Both the position numbers and the translations under genes were made by a program. Below the pieces are notes generated by a model that searched no databases, was not told where the DNA came from, and saw nothing but the letters and a program-made list of their open reading frames with translations. From Octopus vulgaris (Eukaryota), in the NCBI GenBank assembly GCA_951406725.2, contig OX597818.1:116188001-116252000 (forward strand): DNA of 64,000 bases, read 5' to 3'. Shown here piece after piece: positions 55,737 to 64,000 of this stretch. How positions within the stretch are numbered: the first letter of the stretch is position 1; each line of letters begins with the position of its first letter.

Positions 55737-56725
55737 CAGATCATACGTAACTTACATTTTTTTCTCTCACACGGACCTCTATAATTGATTGTGAAAGACT
55801 TGACATATTCGTCTCGAATTTCCTTATAAAGAAGAAAGAAAGGACGAGGAGAGAGGGTGTCGTCACCCTTCAGTAACTTTTAACGAAAGGCGGAGGAGAG
55901 TGACCTGTATGGCCAGGGTGGAACTGTCCCTTTTCAGGGAACACCTGTTGTCCTGACAACACATTTGTGAGATAGCAATCCGAGTTGTGAGATTCCCTGC
56001 TTGGCCTGAGGCAACCGTCGCGCTGTTGAGGTGTTTCACAAAATTTTGTCTACACTCATATATGTAATATTTTGTTTTCTCAATCGATTCTGAAACCCCA
56101 CCCCAAAGATTTTTGTTATTTGTCTTCAAAATATTCCGTCACCTCTAGCCCCTATGGCAATGACAACCAAGTGATTATTATTATTAATATTTTCATTTTA
56201 TTATTATCAATATTGTTAATATAAATAAAAATAATAAGAATGACGCAAGTATAAGAGAATAATAAAAGAGCAATTATCAATATTGTTCAGTTGAACAATT
56301 TTTTTTTTTTTTGCCAAAATCCGTTTGAATTGTGAATAGAGCTTTAATTGCAGAACCAAACGTGACTGAAGAAAATATTTGTTCTTCGTTCCTACAAACA
56401 ATTGTAAAATTATTTCCCATATTTTAGTTACTGTTTGTTTCTGTTTTGCAAAACTGGAAATAAAATATAGAATTATGGGAAACATGATTAAAAGATGTAA
56501 ACACGAAATGACAATAACAGAGAATCTACCGGAAATGAAAACAGCAAATAGAGGAACCAAACAAATATAATATAATAAATTTAAAATAAAATTAAAGAAA
56601 AGAGGAAAGAGTTTAATTGTTATTGGTGTTACGTATACGCAATTACACGTATGCACACAATTAGATAAGTCGAAATTGAAGAACTAGAGATACATTTGCA
56701 ACTGTATGTACCAGCAAACAATATG

Positions 56726-56759
<34 letters not shown>

Positions 56760-56776
56760 TAATGTATATCTATATT

Positions 56777-56832
<56 letters not shown>

Positions 56833-57134
56833 GTATATATATATATATATTGTGTCAAAAGAATAGAAGAATTACGGAATGGAGTAGGAAAAATCCGGGC
56901 TACACATGTAATGAAGAGTAGCCGGCACTATGCACCTCACTTGGATTTTACCAGTTCTGAGGTTCCACTCGCTATGAAACATATGTCTACCGGATTTTTC
57001 CTACTCCATTGCGTAACTCTTGTATGTTTGTTTGTATGTATGTATGTATGTATGTATGTATGTATGTATGTATGTATGTATGTATGTATGTATGTATTTA
57101 TGTATGTATGTGTGTATGCATGTATGCATGTATG

Positions 57135-57189
<55 letters not shown>

Positions 57190-57191
<2 letters not shown>

Positions 57192-57368
57192 CGGGAAGGT
57201 TTACGAAAATAAATAAAAGACGAAAGCAGGTGGAGTACAAACAAAGAAATGTATTAGTATGGCGCTCAGGAATAGAAATAGAACAAGTCTTTTACGTTTC
57301 GAGCCTACGCTCTTCGACAGAAAGATACACGGAAAAAAAAACACGGAGAGAAACAAGGAGAGAAAAAA

Positions 57369-57370
<2 letters not shown>
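57190..57370 (-). mobile_element. Same repeat family (CUGUCGA variant at 57287-57326)
   Basis: The minus strand reads tcttt-CTGTCGA-A-GAGC-gtag-GCTC-GAAACGT-A-aaaga. (TA)n lies on both sides. Confidence 0.65.
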
Positions 57371-57434
<64 letters not shown>

Positions 57435-57547
57435 GTGTATATATATACTTACACACACATTAATATCGATAATAATAACCTAAAACTCAAAATACATCTG
57501 CTTTAGCATAAAACATTAGTCGACTACAGACCATACTATGAAATGAA

Positions 57548-57810
57548 ATAATAAAAACTAAATGCGCCCTTTTAAATCCTACTCAGGCTCATGGGCCCGG
57601 TTTCCCGGTTTCTATGGCGTATGTGTTGCCCAGCTGGACGGGACGCCTGTCCATCGCAGCGTTACTCATTTTTGCCAGCTGAGTGGACTGGAGCAACGTG
57701 AAATGAAGTGTTTTGCTCAAGAACACAACGCGTCGCCCAGTCCAGGAATCGAAACCATAATCTTACGATCATGATGCTGACGCCCTAACCACTAAGCCGC
57801 GCGCCTCCAC
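57548..57810 (-). mobile_element. Family-C-related SINE with a 13-bp TSD
   Basis: Sense: gtggaggcgcgcggcttagtggttaggg...gtttcgattcc...gtgttcttgagcaaaacactt...gcgatggac...gaaaccgggaaaccggg. TSD actatgaaatgaa at 57535-57547 and 57811-57823. Confidence 0.88.
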
Positions 57811-58636
57811 ACTATGAAATGAAGTTAATGAAATTAGGAACAGAACACACAATAAACACACACACACATAAGTACACACTCACACACACATACACACACT
57901 TATATGCGTCACTCAGTGAAGTTATAACAACAGGTAGCTAGTGATGAAGCCTAAATTGTGCTTTGAATGAAGATTTCAATACGTGTATTGAGTACGTTTT
58001 TAATCTGTTTAGGTTCGTCACTGTTAAATTTGTCTATGTTCAAAAATGAACAAGATTAATAAATGCGTTTTTCCTTTCATGCCATTATGCAATACTTTCC
58101 TCGGGAAATCACTAAAATTATCGACTTGTACGGGGAAATAAAACTCCATATGTTTACCACCATACGTTGAAGGTGTATTTCAACGTCTCAATCTCAACGT
58201 CGTATGGTTTCCATTAACGATTCTTGAAAAGGGATAAAGATTCATATAAAGGTAATGATTAGAATTTCAGAAGAGAGTAAAAACATGGCACTGGTTCATA
58301 TCTTACTTCTGTCCTCCCATATCATTACATTTCTGCCTTTCTATAAGGGAAAGAAAAAAAATGATAAGACGAAATCAATTAATCTTTTGATAAACAGAAA
58401 ACTATGATATTAATATCATTATTCAAATAAAAAGGTATCGCTTCATGTGTGTGTCAGTTTTTTGTGCTTCAGTCTATATAAATATACAAGGTATGTAAGC
58501 AGTTATGTATGTATGTACGTTTGTATGTGTATATATACACTCATAATATATATATATATATATATGTATATACATACAAACACATATACATACATAGAAA
58601 TACACACACACACACGTATATATATATATGTATATA

Positions 58637-58801
58637 GGGAGAACTCACAAAAAGAAAGACGAAGACAGGTGGTTTAGACAACAAACAGATGTATTAGTGA
58701 AAAAGTTTTTAACGTTTCGAGCCTACGCTCTTCCACAGAAAGGGACACAGAAAGAAACAGGGAGAGAAAATAAAGAATGTGCAGTGGCTAGCGATCTATC
58801 A
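58637..58801 (-). mobile_element. Same repeat family (CUGUGGA variant at 58706-58743)
   Basis: The minus strand reads cttt-CTGTGGA-A-GAGC-gtag-GCTC-GAAACGT-T-aaaa. (TA)n lies on both sides. Confidence 0.65.
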
Positions 58802-58890
58802 TATATATATATATATATATATATATGATATGATATACATATAAGTATATGTGTATACATATAAGCACATATAGATACACACACACACAC

Positions 58891-58939
<49 letters not shown>

Positions 58940-59259
58940 CACACACATTTATACATATATGTATATGTCTGTCGTCACGTTTGTCTTGAGTCTTGAGTAT
59001 ATCCTGCCCCGGGCCATGATTGGAATAAAACGCTAGTCCTCTTGATGCTGATAGTCAGCAAACCTGCTGACACATTCCAAACCTGCCGCAGCAAACCTGC
59101 TGACACATTCCAGAGTTCCTTCAAATGTGTGAGAAATCAAAGCGCAATCATAAGCAAACAGAAGGTCACGAAAGATTTCTTCCTTGTTTTTTTTTCTTTG
59201 ATCTAAAATCTTGCCCTTTCAGGTTTAAGAGATCTTATTCTGTGCGAAAGTGGATTTTA

Positions 59260-59712
59260 TACTTTCATAGTAATCCCTGAATGCATCTTAAAATGTCTTT
59301 TGACGCCTCCGTTAGATTTGAAAACTTTCTGGCATACATTGCATTCAAAGGTGTGCACAGGCTAATAAGCAGAATAGCTGGTGGAGGTTCGTTTTCCATG
59401 GGTTCGCAAATGAGATTTGAGCCCAGCAAAAGAAAGGTATGATCTGTCACAAACTGTGCACACAAAAACGTCATTGTGAGTTACCTTCTCGATCGTACCA
59501 TCCTTCCTTAAATCTCCTTGGGTCTTGCATGCCTTATCCTGGCCTCCTCAAACACTTTCACTCCAATCCACACTTTTATTCGCCATCCAGCTCGATCCAA
59601 AGCAAGGGTTTCTCTGTCCTCTAAATCCATTTCAAGTGGCTTCATAGTAATCCGTATGCCGTCCTTAAATCTTTTTCGGTTTACACCGATAGCGTTTCCC
59701 CTAATATATATA
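59260..59712 (-). mobile_element. RTE-clade LINE 3' fragment with two C2H2 zinc fingers
   Basis: RGKR...RFKDGIRITMK...LALDRAGWRIKV...FEEAR, then CTVCDRSYLSFAGLKSHLRTH (59398-59460) and CNVCQKVFKSNGGVKRHFKMH (59281-59343). Confidence 0.78.
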
Positions 59713-59990
59713 TCACATTATGTTAAACTGTCGTATGTCCAGGTTTGGCTATATGGGTTTTTTCATTTTTCAATATTTAATTTTGCATGCAATAGTTGGT
59801 TCTTTTGGTCAAACTATCCTATCTTCAGCTGCCAAAATATCAAAAATTGTCGAAGTGTAATACAAGGGTTTTGCTATGGAATGGTGAAACTATTTTAGCG
59901 TTTTCTGTAAAAGTCCAACTTTTTTTACTTACGACACTTTTGCATAATAGCAACGCAATACGTACATACATACATACACACTCATATGTA

Positions 59991-60192
<202 letters not shown>

Positions 60193-60696
60193 CTCGCTCA
60201 TGCAAACTCCCACAAACACTACCATACATATATTTGTTTGTTTGTGTGTGTTTGATTGTGTGTAGCATCACCACTGGCGTTTGAATGAGCGAATAATTAC
60301 AGCTATTGGGTAGCATTTTAGCCTGTCGTGTTCCTAAATTTTGTACAACATATAGAAAAAATAGATAAGAATAATAAATACAGCTTTTCAGAGCCATGTA
60401 TAATACGACTGTCATAAAATCGATAAAATTGTTGACTTGTGTTAGGAAATAAAAGTCCATATGACGTCTGCCCAACGCTGAGCGTTTGCGTTAATTTCTC
60501 AATCGTGAAGTCGCATGGTCTCTATTAACGCATCGAAAAAGTGATAAATATTTTCGCAAGAGTAATAATTAAAATTCAAGAAGGAAATAACAGCTTAGCG
60601 TTGGATATTATCATACATTTTCTTTTCCAAGTCATTATATTCGGTCGTTTTCATAAATGACAGAGAAATTGCAAATAAACAGAACAAGAAATATAA

Positions 60697-60727
<31 letters not shown>

Positions 60728-61200
60728 CATTCGTTAATAATTCATCAGATTCTTTATTGATAAACGGTAACCGACCTTATTTGCTTACAAGCAAAAATCC
60801 TTTAAAATCTGATATTTATATCATTATACAGATAAAAGATAAACTGCTTGTATATTGTCGTATGTATGCGATTGCGTGGAGTATGTGTATGACTTTAAAA
60901 TGGGTTCGGTTCCACTGCGTGACACCTTGAGCATCCGTCTTCTACTACAGGCAGACGAAATGCTGGGAGATGCTATAAACGAGTGGGAAATAGTGCTAAC
61001 GTTAAAAGAGAAGCTCGCCGGCTTCATAGATATATGTGAGGATATATAGAGAAATGGAAGAAAAATGCAAGAGGGGGGAATAAAAAGATCGGACATATAT
61101 GTGTATATATACGTACACACATATATAGATACATACCTACTATATAGGTGCGCTCATAGGGTGTATGTACGCCGCTGTATATATATATATATATATATAT

Positions 61201-61428
61201 ATTTCTTTACTACCCACATAGGGCTAAACACAGGAGACAAACATAGTCAGACAAACGGATTAAGTCGATTACATCGACCCCAGTGCGTAACTGGTACTTA
61301 ATTTATCGACCCCGGAAGGAAGAAAGGCAAAGTCGACCTCGGCGGAATTTGAACTCGGAACGTAACGGCAGACGAAATACGGCAATGCATTTCGCCCGGT
61401 GTGCTAACGTTTCTGCCAGCTCGCCGCC
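61201..61428 (-). mobile_element. Full-length family-A SINE inserted in (TA)n
   Basis: Complete head, core and tail 1, with (TA)n on both sides. Confidence 0.88.
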
Positions 61429-61514
61429 TTCATATATATATATATATATATATATAAATGGAACAAAAACGCAATAGAAGGCATTAAAAAGTTCGGACAT
61501 ATATGTGTATATAT

Positions 61515-61587
<73 letters not shown>

Positions 61588-61588
61588 C

Positions 61589-61627
<39 letters not shown>

Positions 61628-61630
<3 letters not shown>

Positions 61631-61935
61631 ATATAAACGGCAGTTTGTCTGTGCGTGTTTCTGTGTGTCTGTTTTCTTGTACCCTCACTCTGGCCACGGC
61701 TTTCAACCGATTCTGATGAAACTAAACACACACATAGCCCAATGTCATAATTCAAAACTAACGCACCGAAAATTTTGAAAAGTTCCCCAGTTCTGAAAAA
61801 TCGATAAATTCGACATGGGGTCGAGAATACTGTCTAGGGACGCAACTACCTTTTTTTACTCTCAAAAAATTTACCATCATTTTTTTCCATTTTTTGCTAT
61901 TTTTTGGCTATAACTCTCTAAAAATGCTTTATAGT
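61628..61935 (+). mobile_element. Helitron-like element 5' portion
   Basis: Starts A|TCTATATAAACGGC, with a gtctgt-rich leader and a caaccgattctgatgaaa block. No CTAG terminus found. Confidence 0.5.
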
Positions 61936-61938
61936 TAT

Positions 61939-61991
<53 letters not shown>

Positions 61992-62597
61992 CATATACAT
62001 ACATATATAGCTTGGTATTGATATATAAGCAAGTTTATGTATATATATTTAGTCCAAATATATGTATATACTTGTATGTGTTCTTTTGCGTGTGTGCGCT
62101 TGCGCACGTGGGCGTAGTCTTGAAACACAGCATGTCGCTTTCATATGCATTTCAAGATATATACGTTTTTAATGAAGAGATTACGAAACTATTAGTAATT
62201 AGAGCGCTGTCGGGGGGAAAGCGCGTAGATTATTTTTCGAGTGATACTTATGTGATTATTTCATAACAACTTCAAGTACTACAGAATAGTTCTATGTCAA
62301 TTGTATAATGATTTTAAGTCAATATGTCACTAGTCATAAAGTGTTGCTAATACATGTTGACGTTAATAAGAAGAGTGATTTTTTTTTTTATGACAAAGTA
62401 TATATCAGTTTAGTTGTGGTTTTTGTTCCTCGTCCAGACGACGTTGTTATCGGATATAAATGTGCTGATCTGCGATATGTTAGTGCATATGTTACAGGGA
62501 CGTGCCGCCTGGGTAGGTAAGGTAGGCAGTACCTACCTTGAATAAAATAGATCGATAGCAACATTTTCCTTTTATGGCAAATTATGCATCTAATTCA

Positions 62598-62682
<85 letters not shown>

Positions 62683-62683
<1 letters not shown>

Positions 62684-63503
62684 GAATTCTGATTAATGAT
62701 TATCCGGACAGTTGCTATAATAACGAAACTAAAGCACGCAGAGTAAAGCCACTTGATACAGACTGACCTTCACCTCTGCTGTGCATATGTACTAAATCTT
62801 AACTCTGGCTCACTTCCGCTGTTTACAGAAGTGTCTCGAAGTAACATGTGTAACGTATGATCGTTGTATTGACCATAACAGAGAAAGTTGTCATGGCGAT
62901 ACCTGCTCAGAGGCCCACGCAAAGTTGCAGAAAGCATATGGAGGGGAGTGTATGAGCCGCCCACAAGCGTACGAGTTGTTTAGACGTTTCCCAAATGGCC
63001 GAAAAAAAGTCGATATTGACGAACATTTTGGGAGACCTGCAAACAGCGGATCTTAGAAAAAACATCACGTATGTGCGTCCAGCTGTGAAATCGTTGAATC
63101 ACTATCCGTGAGATTAGTTACGGTTCAGTTCAGTCCATTATCACTGAAGAGTTGTGTATGAGACGTGTGTCAGCCAAGTTTGTGACAAAATCGCTTTTAG
63201 CTGACCAAATAGACACTCGGGTTTCAGCTGCGCAAAATTTCGTTCATTGTGTCGAGAACGGTGAGAACTTTTTGAAAACTTTCCGTAGACCTCTGAACAT
63301 GCATCACCAAGCTTTTGGCAAAGTTTGATCAGATTCTCTGTTCAGCTTTCTCCGTCAAGTTCAACGAACACACGCTACCTACGTTACTTGCAAGCATTGT
63401 TGTAAACAGAGTTCACGGTCAATCTGTACTAAGGGACTTTCCTCTGCGTGCTTTAGCTGTGGTCACTATAGCAACAGTCCGGGTACTTATTGATCAGATC
63501 ACG
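62683..63503 (+). mobile_element. Mariner-derived element with long inverted ends and a partial N-terminal transposase
   Basis: The ends cgaattctgattaatgattatccggacagttgctata and tatagcaacagtccgggtacttattgatcagatcacg|TA are inverted. Internal translation: SEAHAKLQKAYGGECMSRPQAYELFRRF...FGRP...ELCMRRVSAKFV. Confidence 0.82.
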
Positions 63504-63654
63504 TATATATTCGTATGGTATATTCTGTTAAGAACGTAATAGGCTACAGTATAAAGCTCATCCACCTTCAGATTTCACTCTGTTCTATCCAGTAGTACCA
63601 TTATACGTACTTCTAGGTTTGAATTTGTGTGTTAGTCGTGCGTGAGTAGGTAAT

Positions 63655-63990
63655 CGAAAAAATTGGAGTCAACAAAAAGGGGTACGGCCGGACGTTTATT
63701 TTTTAATCACTACGGTTGTTTCGACGCAAAGTGGTTCTCCAGATGTACTTGATTACTTGCAGGCCACGACAGACAGACAGTATGTTCTTGCAGCCGAGGA
63801 TTTTAAACTAACGGAGACAATATTTACATATCGCCTGAGGAAACACGACTAGATCTCATAATGCAGGGAAACTGTTGCATAATCAAGTACCTGCACGCAT
63901 CGAGAACTACGGTTGCGTGGAAACAATTGTAGTGATTAAAAAATAAATACCCAACTGTACCCCTTCTTGCTGACTTCAATTTTTTCAAAT
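63655..63990. repeat. Segment bounded by imperfect inverted repeats of about 80-95 bp
   Basis: The left arm gaaaaaattggagtcaacaaaaaggggtacggccggacgtttattttttaatcactacggttgtttcgacgcaa matches the reverse complement of about 63913-63986. Confidence 0.8.
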
Positions 63991-64000
63991 ATGTATATAT

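Noticed and set aside
61713-61722. CTGATGAAAC as a hammerhead core
   Set aside because: There is no stem II between CUGAUGA and GAAA; it is part of a Helitron-like leader.

Overview
AT-rich eukaryotic non-coding DNA, not prokaryotic. It is dense in microsatellites (TA, CA, ATT, ATCT, ATC, ACC, CTT) and retroposons. The repeat repertoire suggests a mollusc, probably octopus, intron or intergenic region; this is inferred, not confirmed by a search. The only long genuine coding sequence is a 5'-truncated but nearly intact CR1/L2-group LINE ORF2 (APE endonuclease + RT, 6857-9539). It sits in a stack of four non-LTR elements inside (ATT)n tracts. The window also holds about 30 copies of several tRNA-headed SINE families, mariner and DD37D transposase relics, Tigger-, mariner- and MULE-like MITEs, two Helitron-like elements, and RTE and R4/Dong-type LINE fragments. 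The most notable unexplained signal is a set of short repeats, mostly embedded in (TA)n, that carry a minimal hammerhead-ribozyme scaffold: one canonical CUGAUGA copy, five copies with a consistent non-canonical CUGUNGA core, and others with UUGAAAA. No host gene can be called with confidence. Almost all ORFs in the supplied track are microsatellite artefacts.
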